Positions 54,993-64,000 are shown, numbered from the stretch's first letter. The stretch is 64,000 bases of DNA from an uncultured Bacteroides sp. (GCA_964601975.1 CAZRPW010000009.1:2224-66223), one strand, 5' to 3'. Notes: a model not told the origin generated them from the sequence alone. Numbers and translations: made by a program.

Positions 54993-56759
54993 CTATTTAG
55001 TGCTATCATCCTTTAAATCCACCTTCAGCGATAGCTCTTCCAGTTGCTCATCAGAAATGGTGGAAGGGGTATCGATCATCACATCGCGGCCCGAGTTATT
55101 CTTCGGGAAGGCAATCACGTCACGGATCGATTCGATTCCTGCAAACATTGCTACCCAGCGGTCGAAGCCAAAGGCAATCCCACCGTGGGGAGGAGCACCA
55201 TACCTGAATGCGCTCATCAGGAATCCAAATTGTTTTTGGGCCTCTTCTTTTGTGAATCCCAGGTTATCGAACATCTGGCTCTGCAGGGCCTCATCATGGA
55301 TCCTGATGGAACCTCCACCAATCTCCACACCATTAATCACAAGGTCGTAAGCCTTGGCGCGAACCTTGCCCGGATCTGTCCCGAAGAGCTCAACATCCTC
55401 TTCGTATGGACTTGTAAAAGGATGGTGCATGGCATGGAAACGCTTCGAATCCTCATCCCATTCCAGGAGGGGGAAGTCAACCACCCACAGGGGTTTGAAC
55501 ATTTCAGGATCTCGCAGTTCCAGGCGATCGCCCATCTCAAGCCTCAACTCGCTCAGCGCTTTCAGAGTAAGACTCCTCTCACCTGCCAGCACCAGGATCA
55601 GATCTCCCGGTTTGGCACCGAACTGTTCTGCCCACTGCTTCAGCGCCGCTTCATCAAAGAATTTGTCCACGGAAGACTTCAGGCTTCCGTCTTCATTATA
55701 TTTTACATAAACAAGTCCTCTCATCCCAATCTGTGGCCTCTTCACCCAATCGGTGAGGGCATCAAGCTGTTTGCGGCTGTAAGCGGCACATCCTTCTGCA
55801 CAAATACCTCCCACATATTCAACCGCATCAAAAACCTGGAATCCCTTCCCCTGAACCAGGGCAGTCATTTCACCCAGTTCCATTCCAAAACGGATGTCCG
55901 GCTTATCATTCCCATAACGGCTCATGGCCTCGGAGTAGGGCATTTTTGGAAACGCTCCTTCAATCTCCACATCCTTGATGGTTCTGAAAAGGTGTTTGGC
56001 CAGTCCTTCAAAGGCTTCCAGGATATCGTCGCGCTCCACAAAGGACATTTCGCAGTCGATCTGGGTAAACTCGGGTTGCCGGTCGGCCCTCAGGTCCTCA
56101 TCGCGAAAACATTTTACAATCTGGAAATATTTATCAAAACCCGCTACCATCAGCAACTGCTTAAAGGTCTGAGGTGATTGGGGAAGGGCATAAAACTCTC
56201 CCGGATTCATCCTGGAAGGAACCACAAAATCCCTGGCTCCCTCGGGGGTTGATTTAATCAAAACCGGAGTCTCCACCTCCAGGAAATCATTTTCACTAAG
56301 GTATTTTCTGATCTCCATGGCCATGCGGTGCCGAAGCATCAGGTTTTTCTTTACCCCGGGACGGCGCAAATCAAGATAACGGTATTTCATCCTGATATCA
56401 TCACCTCCATCGGTATGATCTTCAATCGTGAAGGGAGGCACCTGCGATTTATTCAGAATCTTCATACGCTCCACCAGGATCTCAATATCGCCGGTGGCCA
56501 TGTGGGGATTCTTATTACTACGCTCGGCTACTTTCCCCGATGCCTGTATGACAAATTCACGGCCCAGCTTCCTTGCTTCCTCACACAGGCCTGCATCAGC
56601 TTCCATATTAAATACAAGCTGTGTAATCCCGTAGCGGTCTCTCATATCCACAAAGGTCATCCCCCCTAAATCCCTCGATTTCTGGACCCATCCCGAAAGA
56701 GTGATCTGCTCCCCCACCTGTTCCATTCTTAACTGACCGCAGTTGTGTGTTCTGTACAT
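54993..56759 (-). CDS. aspS: Aspartate--tRNA ligase
   Basis: 588 aa with class II motifs [18 protein letters not shown] and [10 protein letters not shown], plus an N-terminal OB fold. Confidence 0.95.
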   Translation of the reverse strand: MYRTHNCGQLRMEQVGEQITLSGWVQKSRDLGGMTFVDMRDRYGITQLVFNMEADAGLCEEARKLGREFVIQASGKVAERSNKNPHMATGDIEILVERMKILNKSQVPPFTIEDHTDGGDDIRMKYRYLDLRRPGVKKNLMLRHRMAMEIRKYLSENDFLEVETPVLIKSTPEGARDFVVPSRMNPGEFYALPQSPQTFKQLLMVAGFDKYFQIVKCFRDEDLRADRQPEFTQIDCEMSFVERDDILEAFEGLAKHLFRTIKDVEIEGAFPKMPYSEAMSRYGNDKPDIRFGMELGEMTALVQGKGFQVFDAVEYVGGICAEGCAAYSRKQLDALTDWVKRPQIGMRGLVYVKYNEDGSLKSSVDKFFDEAALKQWAEQFGAKPGDLILVLAGERSLTLKALSELRLEMGDRLELRDPEMFKPLWVVDFPLLEWDEDSKRFHAMHHPFTSPYEEDVELFGTDPGKVRAKAYDLVINGVEIGGGSIRIHDEALQSQMFDNLGFTKEEAQKQFGFLMSAFRYGAPPHGGIAFGFDRWVAMFAGIESIRDVIAFPKNNSGRDVMIDTPSTISDEQLEELSLKVDLKDDSTK

Positions 56760-56838
56760 TTTTACATATTTTATATGATAAGCAAGCCTGTATGCCTATT
56801 TTTGTGTTTAACGAGCTGCAAATTTAGTAACTTTTGGT

Positions 56839-57288
56839 ATGGAGCATGCACTATTTCCCGATGAATATTTTATGAAGGAGGCCCTTAAGGAGGCTGAGAA
56901 GGCATATGAGATGAACGAGGTTCCCGTAGGAGCAGTAATAGTGAACCGGGATCGCATCATTGCCAGGGCTCACAATATGACCCAGCAACTAAGCGACGTG
57001 ACTGCTCATGCCGAGATGATTGCCATTACCTCCGCCGCCAACTACCTGGGAGCCAAATACCTGACCGGATGCACCCTTTTTGTTACACTTGAACCCTGCG
57101 TGATGTGTGCTGCCGCACTTAAATGGGCACAGCTGGATCGGATTGTCTACGCTGCATCAGATCCGAAGGAAGGATTCTCCAGGATTAAATCTTCCATCCT
57201 GCATGCGAAAACCAGTGTGGTTCCGGGTATTATGGAAGAGCCTGCCTCGCAAATTCTGAAGCGCTTCTTCCAGGAACGGCGCGATTAA
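56839..57288 (+). CDS. tadA: tRNA adenosine(34) deaminase
   Basis: 149 aa with deaminase zinc motifs HAEMIAI and PCVMCAAAL. Confidence 0.9.
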   Translation: MEHALFPDEYFMKEALKEAEKAYEMNEVPVGAVIVNRDRIIARAHNMTQQLSDVTAHAEMIAITSAANYLGAKYLTGCTLFVTLEPCVMCAAALKWAQLDRIVYAASDPKEGFSRIKSSILHAKTSVVPGIMEEPASQILKRFFQERRD

Positions 57289-58517
57289 CAGCTTTTAACC
57301 GAGAATCCTGCCTTCTCCAGGTCCGTCCAATATGTGGGGTAGGATTTGGTAACTACCATGGGATCATCCACAGAAAGTACGCCAAAGGGAATCGCCAGGG
57401 GTGCAAAAGCCATGGCCATACGATGATCGTGATAAGTTTCAATCAAGGGTTCTTTTTCTGCAGGGCCCTTCTCCCCATCCCAGCTGATCCAGTCACCCGT
57501 GGCATCTGCCTCAAGCCTGAAACCGAATTTTCCCAATTCTGCCTGCAAAGCTGCCACCCGGTCGGTTTCCTTCACCCTCAGGGTGCGGGTCCCGGTAAAA
57601 TAAAAAGGAATCCCCATGGCACAAAGTGTTACCGCCAGGGTTTGCACCAGGTCGGGACAAGCAGTAAAATCGCAATTATAATGCTCCTTCCTGACATCCC
57701 GGTCGGAACGAAGAATCACCGAAGCGCCTTCGAAATGGCTCTCCACTCCCAGTGGCTCAAAAAGGCGTGTCAGTACAGCATCCCCCTGGAGGCTGTCTTT
57801 TTCCAATTGGGGAAGGGTAATGACAGAGCCAGGCTTTAGTGCCGCTATCTGGTACCAGTATGAGGCCGCACTCCAGTCCGATTCCACCCGAAAACGATCA
57901 AAGCTGTAGTTTCCCTGTTCAATTGAAATCTCCCGCCCGTCAAAAGATGCCGTAATGCCTCCTTTTTGCATCAGGGCAAGTGTCATCCGGATATAAGTAG
58001 ATGAAACCACATCGCCTGAAAGGGAAATCTGCAGTCCGCCTTCCAATACCGGACCAATCATCATCAGGGCACTGATGAACTGGGAACTAATGCCGCCATC
58101 CACGGTAATCCGGCCCCCTATTTTCAATCCACCACTGATCTCCAGTGGCGGACAGGCCTTTTTTTCAAGATAGGTAATTTCTGCTCCCAATTCCCTCAGG
58201 GCATCTACCAGTGCTCCCACCGGCCTCTGTTTCATCCGATCCGAACCCGTAAGGACCACCTTTTGGTTTCCGCAGGCCAAAAAAGCAGTCAAAAACCGCA
58301 TGGCGGTTCCGGCATGACCAATATCTTTCACCCGGGATTCCTGTTTTACAGCATCATTCAGCACCCTTGTATCGTCACTCTCCGAAAGGTTATCCAGTTC
58401 AAAGCCGCTACCAGAAAGGGCCCGCATAATCAGCATCCGGTTTGAAATGCTCTTCGAGGAAGGAATATAGATTTTATCTTGCACCGCTTTTTGTGGTCCG
58501 GAGATGACATTTTTCAT
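57285..58517 (-). CDS. aroA: 3-phosphoshikimate 1-carboxyvinyltransferase (EPSP synthase)
   Basis: 410 aa with IPSSKSISNRMLI and GHAGTAMRFLTA motifs. Confidence 0.9.
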   Translation of the reverse strand: MKNVISGPQKAVQDKIYIPSSKSISNRMLIMRALSGSGFELDNLSESDDTRVLNDAVKQESRVKDIGHAGTAMRFLTAFLACGNQKVVLTGSDRMKQRPVGALVDALRELGAEITYLEKKACPPLEISGGLKIGGRITVDGGISSQFISALMMIGPVLEGGLQISLSGDVVSSTYIRMTLALMQKGGITASFDGREISIEQGNYSFDRFRVESDWSAASYWYQIAALKPGSVITLPQLEKDSLQGDAVLTRLFEPLGVESHFEGASVILRSDRDVRKEHYNCDFTACPDLVQTLAVTLCAMGIPFYFTGTRTLRVKETDRVAALQAELGKFGFRLEADATGDWISWDGEKGPAEKEPLIETYHDHRMAMAFAPLAIPFGVLSVDDPMVVTKSYPTYWTDLEKAGFSVKSC

Positions 58518-58587
58518 GATTCAAAGATAATAAATAGCATATATTAGGCCTTGCAAAATATACAGCAATAGCAGAAACACGACCATC

Positions 58588-59754
58588 ATGAACTTTGAAG
58601 ATACCAAAACAGCCTTCAGCATTAAATCGGACCGCGATCTCTTCCGGGCAAACATTCTTTTTAAGCTGATCTCCTACCCCATCCTTGTAAAAATCGCCAA
58701 CCCCTTTATCTGGATCTGTTCCACACTGAGGATTCCCATCGGATGGATAGTGAAACCTACTGCATTTAAACATTTCGTGGGAGGTGAAACTCTGAAAGAC
58801 TGCCAGCCAGCCGTAGAAAAGCTCATGAGTGCAGGTGTATATTCAATCCTGGATTACTCGGTGGAAGGAAAGGAGTCGGATAAGGCCATCGATGCAGCCC
58901 TGCAGGAAACCCTCAGGGCAGTGAAGAATGCCGGAGCTAACCCGGACATCCCCTTTGCCGTTTTCAAGCCCACCGCTTTCGGCAACAACCAGGCCCTCGA
59001 AGCACTCAGTGGTGCATCTGTACCTGACAAGGAGATCATGAAGGAGGGTGAGAAATTCCGCGCACGCATCGACCAGCTCTGCCAAACGGCTTTCGACAAT
59101 GACATCCCCATCATGATTGATGCCGAAGATACTTTTTATCAGAATTTCATCGACCAGGTGGTGATGGATATGATGCGTAAGTACAACTATAAGAGAGCCA
59201 TCGTATTCAATACCTACCAGATGTACCGCCACGATCGAGTGGGTGTACTGGAACATGATATTCGTACCGCCAGGGAGGAGAAATTTTTCCTGGGAGCAAA
59301 GTTTGTCAGGGGAGCCTACATGGAAAGAGAGCGGGAACGTGCACGGAAGCTGCGCTACCCGGATCCCATCCAGCCCGATAAGGAAAGTACAGACAGGGAT
59401 TTCAACCTGGCTCTGAAAATTTCACTGGACAACATCGATGTGGTCTCCATTTTCAACGGGACTCATAACGAATACAGCAGCAAGTACCTGGCCGAGTTGA
59501 TGATCGAACGGAAAATGGATCCGGGCGACAAACGGGTATGGTTCTCTCAGCTCTACGGGATGAGTGAGCACATCAGTTTTAACATGGCTGCAGCTGGTTT
59601 TAATGTGGCAAAATATGTACCTTACGGTCCGGTTCGCTACGTGCTCCCCTACCTTATGAGAAGGGTGGAGGAGAATACCTCGGTAAAGGGACAGACCGGA
59701 CGCGAGCTCGCCCTGATCAGAAAAGAGCGAAACAGGCGTAAAAATGAGAATTGA
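58588..59754 (+). CDS. Proline dehydrogenase (monofunctional)
   Basis: 388 aa with the PutA-type TIM-barrel blocks HFVGGETL, MIDAEDTFYQ and SQLYGMSEH. Confidence 0.8.
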   Translation: MNFEDTKTAFSIKSDRDLFRANILFKLISYPILVKIANPFIWICSTLRIPIGWIVKPTAFKHFVGGETLKDCQPAVEKLMSAGVYSILDYSVEGKESDKAIDAALQETLRAVKNAGANPDIPFAVFKPTAFGNNQALEALSGASVPDKEIMKEGEKFRARIDQLCQTAFDNDIPIMIDAEDTFYQNFIDQVVMDMMRKYNYKRAIVFNTYQMYRHDRVGVLEHDIRTAREEKFFLGAKFVRGAYMERERERARKLRYPDPIQPDKESTDRDFNLALKISLDNIDVVSIFNGTHNEYSSKYLAELMIERKMDPGDKRVWFSQLYGMSEHISFNMAAAGFNVAKYVPYGPVRYVLPYLMRRVEENTSVKGQTGRELALIRKERNRRKNEN

Positions 59755-60223
59755 CAACCAGAAAAACACCTACAGAATTTGGCTGAGAAGACTGATTATG
59801 GCCATTGGATTTACAATGGGCATCGTAGTGCTTATACTTGTCCCCTGGTTTAGCAATCCAGATCTGAAACTGACCGAATACCATGTAATCATTTTCATTG
59901 CCGTTATATACGTGGGGATTAACATTTTCAACTCTGGAAAGAAACCCTGTTTTTTTTCTTACAGCGACCATGGTGACATGCTTGTAATACGCTATTATCC
60001 ACTAAGCCTGATGAATAGCAAAAAGCACTCCATCGAAATCCCGAAACAACAGTTTGTGAAATACGAGCTGAAACCTTTTTTCTTCGGCCGTCACCAAAAG
60101 ATCATCCTCTACCAGCACTTCCGCAACAAGGTGGTGACCTACCCTCCCATCAGCCTTTCGGCCCTTGAAGAGGAAGACCGTTCCCGGATCATCGCCTCTC
60201 TTCAGAAATACAGCAGGACATAG
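59744..60223 (+). CDS. Hypothetical membrane protein (two N-terminal TM helices)
   Basis: 159 aa. Its last 12 sense codons contain the left copy of the 37-bp direct repeat. Confidence 0.5.
   Translation: MRIDNQKNTYRIWLRRLIMAIGFTMGIVVLILVPWFSNPDLKLTEYHVIIFIAVIYVGINIFNSGKKPCFFSYSDHGDMLVIRYYPLSLMNSKKHSIEIPKQQFVKYELKPFFFGRHQKIILYQHFRNKVVTYPPISLSALEEEDRSRIIASLQKYSRT
60176..60212 (+). repeat. Left copy of a perfect 37-bp direct repeat (candidate attL)
   Basis: gaccgttcccggatcatcgcctctcttcagaaataca is identical to 63564..63600. The bases immediately outside differ on both sides. Confidence 0.95.
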
Positions 60224-60251
60224 CGTTTCGCGTTTTCCTCCATCTGAAACA

Positions 60252-61085
60252 TTAAAAAGCATCAAAATCAGCAAGCTCAAAACAAATATCCCCTTTACCA
60301 AATATTGGTATATTACCTTGTAAATCTTTAAAAAGCAGATTTAAAGGTGACGGTTTTAAAAAATCAGGCATATTAAAGAACATTCCACTTTCCTTTTTTT
60401 CTTTAGATAATCCAATCCAAATATTAAAGTTTGATTTATGACTTTTTAGAAGCAATTCATCAATTTCTAATATATCTAGATACTTTAATTGAGCACACAA
60501 TCCTATTTTGTTAACTTTTGCGAGAATTGACTGGTTGTCATGATGATAACATATTGCTGGATTCTTTAGTCGCCATGCTAAGGATTCTTTAGTCCAGCAA
60601 GAATAAACATTCTGAGTTCTAATATCTAATGGAATTATCTTACCAAAACCAATTTTCACAGCAAGTGGAGAAATTAACCTAAATCCAAATTTATTTAGAT
60701 AACCATGTGTACTGTTTGCATTTGTAACTGTAATTACAAAATCATAATTCAGTCTTTTGGCTTCATTAAAAGTAGCATTACCTAATTCAGTAAGTAAACC
60801 TTTACCCTGATGGTCTGGATGTGTAACATTATTAATAGCTAATATCCCTTTATATTGTTTCCCGAAAAAACTATATACAACAGGAATTGTAGCATGATGT
60901 GCAATTAATTCACCATTAAAAAATGCATCTGACCCAATTATTGACCCATTCGGATTTTGTGAATATTGCCAAAGTAGAAATTCAGGTGTAAACTTTGGGT
61001 TTTTATTAAAAACTCGAGACAAAAGTTTTGAATAAGCAATAATATTTTCAGTTGATGTATTCGATTTTAAAATTTGATAATACAT
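60252..61085 (-). CDS. GNAT-family N-acetyltransferase
   Basis: The acetyl-CoA-binding motif-A-like block is VTHPDHQGKGLLTELGNATFNEAKRL. I set the start at MYYQILK (61085). The track start at 61115 would overlap the upstream gene by 23 nt. Confidence 0.65.
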   Translation of the reverse strand: MYYQILKSNTSTENIIAYSKLLSRVFNKNPKFTPEFLLWQYSQNPNGSIIGSDAFFNGELIAHHATIPVVYSFFGKQYKGILAINNVTHPDHQGKGLLTELGNATFNEAKRLNYDFVITVTNANSTHGYLNKFGFRLISPLAVKIGFGKIIPLDIRTQNVYSCWTKESLAWRLKNPAICYHHDNQSILAKVNKIGLCAQLKYLDILEIDELLLKSHKSNFNIWIGLSKEKKESGMFFNMPDFLKPSPLNLLFKDLQGNIPIFGKGDICFELADFDAF

Positions 61086-61092
61086 AATTCTT

Positions 61093-61953
61093 TTACAGCT
61101 TAGAATTTTTAACAAAACTTGAATATGTACAAATATTATACCCCTGAGCCATTATACCATCCAAGCGATTAAATACTTTACTTCTATTATAATACATAAG
61201 GAAATTATAAAAATGGCTGTCATTAATTCCTGGATTCATATATCTTTCCTGTTCTGAATCAATGTCATATGGATGAAAATAACCTACTACAGGCATCTTG
61301 TTTTTAAGGCGTTTTTTTGTAATGCTTTTTATACTCAGAAAAGGTAATACCCTAAAATATACTCCACCAACGGCAGGAACAATTACTGGGCCGAACTTTC
61401 CCATTGTTAAAGGAATTTCAACTATTTTATTATTTACCCTTTTGGGAGAATATCCAAAATTCTCCCAGCCATAAAATGGATTCTTTGCAGGCAAAACAGA
61501 ACTTGAATAAGTGAACCCCAATTCAAAAAGTATATCATATGCCCATTGTGTTTTGGGAGTTAATGAAAATATAGGAGCTCTAAAACCCTCTATTTTCTTT
61601 GCTCCTGCACGTTCTAATGCTAATATATTTTTTTCCAGATCGATTCTGAATTCTATTGGTGTTTGTTTATCTAATGGCAAATGATCATTAGTATGACAAG
61701 CTATTTCATGACCCTCACTAATTATTTCATTAATAAGTGAAGGATATAATCTAGCTATATCGCCTGTAACAAAAAAAGTACATTTAGAATTAGAACTTTT
61801 AAGCCATTCAAGATACCTATGAGTATTAACCGGAACTCTTTCTTTAAAATCCTCAGGCTTTGCTAGCCTTAATCTAATATCCTCTAAATCAATACTAAAC
61901 AAAAATGTGCTGCATTTTGAGTTTATTTCCATACTTCTATTTATTATATACAA
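61093..61953 (-). CDS. Polysaccharide deacetylase (CE4-like, of the type found in exopolysaccharide/PEP-CTERM loci)
   Basis: 286 aa. FSIDLEDIRL...CTFFVTGDIARLYPSLINEIISEGHEIACHTNDH matches the NodB-type deacetylase layout (D-x-E/D and H-x-x-x-H blocks). Confidence 0.75.
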   Translation of the reverse strand: MYIINRSMEINSKCSTFLFSIDLEDIRLRLAKPEDFKERVPVNTHRYLEWLKSSNSKCTFFVTGDIARLYPSLINEIISEGHEIACHTNDHLPLDKQTPIEFRIDLEKNILALERAGAKKIEGFRAPIFSLTPKTQWAYDILFELGFTYSSSVLPAKNPFYGWENFGYSPKRVNNKIVEIPLTMGKFGPVIVPAVGGVYFRVLPFLSIKSITKKRLKNKMPVVGYFHPYDIDSEQERYMNPGINDSHFYNFLMYYNRSKVFNRLDGIMAQGYNICTYSSFVKNSKL

Positions 61954-61994
61954 CTATCAACTCTTTCATTTTTAATTGAATCTAGCATTATACC

Positions 61995-62649
61995 TGACCC
62001 CCTCCCATTATCCTGTGCCAGACAGAAGTAGAGAATTTGGGCTTTCTGTGTGTTCCGAATGTACTTCACTCGGAGTTAAATTATTTAATGAACTATGGGG
62101 TCTAAACCCATAGTAATCTCTTCGCCACTGTTCGATTTTCTGCTTAGCGTCGAGTAAAGATAGAAACCAATTTACATTAAAACACTCATCTCGGAAACTT
62201 CCATTATCAACCTGAATCCTCTTAGGCATCTCATTCTCTTCGAAATTTATACGGTTACGAATATCCACCACTCAGCTCCCCTGATGAATTGATCTGCGTG
62301 TATAGCCATGCATTTGCGACTATAATTATCGACTATAGATAAAGCCCGGAATCTTTGTCCATTGAAGAGTTGATCAGCTACAAAATCTATACTTCAGCAC
62401 TGAATTAATCCTTAAGATACAGGGGTGAGCGCTCCGGTTTAACCTTATTTTACAGGGATGACCAAAACCTAGACCTTCTAGCCCAAAGCCATACCTTTAT
62501 AACTATATCATACAAGGTCAATTCTAACCGGTAAACTTTTCGCGATTGTATCGCGGATGTGGCTCAACATAAAATCCGTCTTCAGATGATTTTTTATGTG
62601 AGACGCATCGCTGGAGCTTGCTCCAGCTCGGTGCGAGGGGGGAGTTACA
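61995..62649 (-). mobile_element. Decayed IS3-family insertion-sequence remnant with candidate imperfect terminal inverted repeats
   Basis: The low end read inward is TGACCCCCTCCCA (61995-). The high end read inward on the other strand is TGTAACTCCCCCCTCGCA (62649-). Both start with TG, as IS3-family ends do. At ~655 bp it is far shorter than an intact IS3. Confidence 0.4.
62008..62393 (-). pseudogene. IS3-family DDE transposase (OrfB) pseudogene
   Basis: 62271..62008 reads ...RIQVDNGSFRDECFNVNWFLSLLDAKQKIEQWRRDYYGFRPHSSLNNLTPSEV, the C-terminal rve/IS3 signature. A different frame at 62393..62281 reads SIDFVADQLFNGQRFRALSIVDNYSRKCMAIHADQFIRGAE. That frame is preceded by an in-frame TGA. There is a frameshift at ~62275 and roughly 60 aa are missing between DNG and FRDEC. 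Confidence 0.7.
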
Positions 62650-62735
62650 GTATCTTTACCTTGTTATATATTCACACACATCGAGGTGAAACTTCCAAAC
62701 TGCAGTAGGTCCTTAACAATGCCTTAACAGCCTGC

Positions 62736-63440
62736 TCAAAGCTTTGTTTTTAAACTAAAAAAGAACATTGAGTAGTAATCCCCTCCAAATTCATAAGCGC
62801 CTTTGATCCATACCGGCATTCTAGGATTCCTAATTGCTAAATACTCAATGAAAACATTTGGGTGCAACATTTTTGATTGATTAATCCGGAATAAAAAATC
62901 TTGGGAATAATGCTTGGAATCGACTTCACCTCTTATATAATACTTCCAAACTGTTAGTTCCCAAATGATAAACTTAGCGCCAATTCCAATGTTAAATCTT
63001 CCAATATTATAGGCTAATTCGGATGGAATTTCAATGGTGTGATAAATATCTTTCACTCTGTAATCCCCTAAAGTTGGGTAGTATACTTTGCTGATAGAAT
63101 CACGATAAAGCCTAAAATGATATTTTCTGGTGTTCCATTCAAGACCTATTCTGAGATTTAATGATTTGAAAATCTCAAAATTATAATGAGTGCCGATATG
63201 AGTTGAAAAGCAATCGTAGGAATAAGTGCTATCAATGTGCGGAAATGTTGGATCTATAACATATGGATTAGATATATGCAGCCTGCTTTCTGTAATAAAT
63301 TTCCAATTTAGCCCTCCATACAAGTAAAACCCATTTTTGTCTTTTTGGATTTTATAGGAATACTGACCATTTACTTCAACGATTCCAAAAGATGTAATTA
63401 ATAGTATTATCCCAGCCAACATTACATTTGTAATCTTCAT
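62736..63440 (-). CDS. Hypothetical secreted protein, possibly an outer-membrane beta-barrel
   Basis: 234 aa with a signal peptide (MLAGIILLITSFGIVEVNG). It is rich in alternating aromatic/polar residues (Y, F, W), its codon usage is AT-rich, and I recognise no motif. Confidence 0.4.
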   Translation of the reverse strand: MKITNVMLAGIILLITSFGIVEVNGQYSYKIQKDKNGFYLYGGLNWKFITESRLHISNPYVIDPTFPHIDSTYSYDCFSTHIGTHYNFEIFKSLNLRIGLEWNTRKYHFRLYRDSISKVYYPTLGDYRVKDIYHTIEIPSELAYNIGRFNIGIGAKFIIWELTVWKYYIRGEVDSKHYSQDFLFRINQSKMLHPNVFIEYLAIRNPRMPVWIKGAYEFGGDYYSMFFFSLKTKL

Positions 63441-63563
63441 TGCAGGTATTACTTGTGGGGTTCCTCTTTTTAACGCTTGAAAACTAAGCTAGATTGTCAA
63501 AGAAGTTAAATTCTCCGAGTGAAATGTTTCCAATCAAGGCTAAGCGAAATTCAATCCATTGTG

Positions 63564-63600
63564 GACCGTTCCCGGATCATCGCCTCTCTTCAGAAATACA
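63564..63600 (+). repeat. Right copy of the perfect 37-bp direct repeat (candidate attR)
   Basis: It is identical to 60176..60212. In the same frame it would read ...DRSRIIASLQKYTIK*, an alternative 3' end for ORF 59744..60223. Confidence 0.95.
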
Positions 63601-63649
63601 CAATTAAGTAACAACGGTGGAAAGCCCTCCCTGCGGCTCTATAGAACGA

Positions 63650-64000
63650 TTATTGAATTTGTTGCGACTGAATGACGCTGTCTGCTTTCACCATGTATAA
63701 ATCGAATCCTCCCAGCCCCCCGGGTCTGTTGGATGAAAAGATCATGAGGTACTCGTTATCGTAAAAAGGAAAAGTAATGGGTCTGTATTCATCATATTCG
63801 GTGTTGATCTCCGGTCCGAAGTTCACAGGGCTGGTCCACTCCCCATTTTGAAGGAGCGAAAAGTAGAGATCGAATCCTCCCTGCCCACCCTCTCTGTCTG
63901 AAGCAAATACAAGAAGGTCCTTGTAAATGGATGGACACTTATCATTATAATCACTGGACAACACCTGATTCAAAGCCACCTGTCCGGGTTCAGTACCGGT
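63650..64000 (-). CDS. PD40 (TolB-like beta-propeller repeat) protein, C-terminal part (gene continues past the right edge)
   Basis: It has two PD40-type repeats, FASDREGGQGGFDLYFSLLQNGEWTSPVNFGPEINTEYDEYRP and FSSNRPGGLGGFDLYMV. The reading frame stays open to the window edge, so the track's Met at 63979 is not the true start. Confidence 0.6.
   Translation of the reverse strand, partial: TGTEPGQVALNQVLSSDYNDKCPSIYKDLLVFASDREGGQGGFDLYFSLLQNGEWTSPVNFGPEINTEYDEYRPITFPFYDNEYLMIFSSNRPGGLGGFDLYMVKADSVIQSQQIQ

Larger units (their letters stand above)
60213..63563. mobile_element. AT-rich inserted island (putative remnant of an integrated element)
   Basis: It is bounded by the 37-bp direct repeat. 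Composition drops sharply: by my count 60301-60360 has 15 G+C of 60, against 36 of 60 for 60121-60180. It contains a decayed IS3-family transposase. I recognise no integrase. Confidence 0.5.

Noticed and set aside
55044-56177. A 377-aa + strand ORF lying entirely antisense to aspS, which is unusually long.
   Set aside because: It is in the exact codon-complementary phase of aspS (both triplet grids start at coordinates divisible by 3). It therefore stays open simply because aspS avoids TTA, CTA and TCA codons. The peptide has no recognisable motifs, whereas aspS has all class II motifs.
62541-62628. Two small palindromes (tcgcga-ttgta-tcgcgg at ~62541 and gctggagc-tt-gctccagc at 62610-62627) and a GTGCG motif that might hint at a structured RNA or group II intron fragment.
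   Set aside because: They lie inside the decayed IS remnant. No domain V-like or other diagnostic intron or ncRNA structure is visible, so this is most simply degenerate IS sequence.
60252-63440. Could the island encode a toxin-antitoxin or anti-phage defence system (a GNAT toxin type)?
   Set aside because: The GNAT is ~280 aa with no small adjacent antitoxin-like ORF. Its neighbour is a CE4-type deacetylase typical of polysaccharide modification. I recognise no nuclease, ATPase, helicase or other defence hallmarks.

Overview
This window looks like a Bacteroidota chromosome segment. The evidence is SusC/SusD genes, three proteins with type-IX-secretion C-terminal sorting domains, and a dcw cluster without murF or ddl. 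I found no rRNA, tRNA or CRISPR array by eye. The layout is as follows. (1) 1-13.4 kb holds a complete minus-strand dcw cell-division/peptidoglycan cluster, mraZ-rsmH-ftsL-ftsI-murE-mraY-murD-ftsW-murG-murC-ftsQ-ftsA. It has a four-box MraZ-type operator upstream and a 9-bp x 8 tandem repeat that fills the murD-ftsW spacer. (2) 13.5-23.6 kb holds housekeeping genes: an O-acyltransferase/N-acyltransferase lipid pair, purF, a SPOR protein, a secreted triple-fasciclin protein, a YebC-family gene, miaB and a STAS protein. (3) 24.1-54.9 kb is a roughly 31-kb glycan-utilisation locus with every gene on the minus strand. It contains two paralogous ECF-sigma/FecR pairs, one SusC (with STN domain)/SusD pair, two tandem beta-helix paralogs, two GH31, one GH27-like, two DUF4832-like proteins and a T9SS protein built from a near-perfect 579-bp tandem duplication. 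After a strong terminator comes a tightly coupled six-gene periplasmic module: Tat-CN-hydrolase, M14 carboxypeptidase, Tat-TIM-barrel, Tat-Gfo/Idh/MocA, DoxX and PHP. I consider this module the best candidate for an undescribed system. (4) 55-60.2 kb holds aspS, tadA, aroA and proline dehydrogenase. (5) 60.2-63.6 kb is an AT-rich 3.35-kb island bracketed by a perfect 37-bp direct repeat that duplicates the 3' end of a host ORF. It carries a GNAT, a polysaccharide deacetylase, a decayed IS3-family transposase and an orphan ORF. All functional calls rest on motif recognition by eye, not on database searches.
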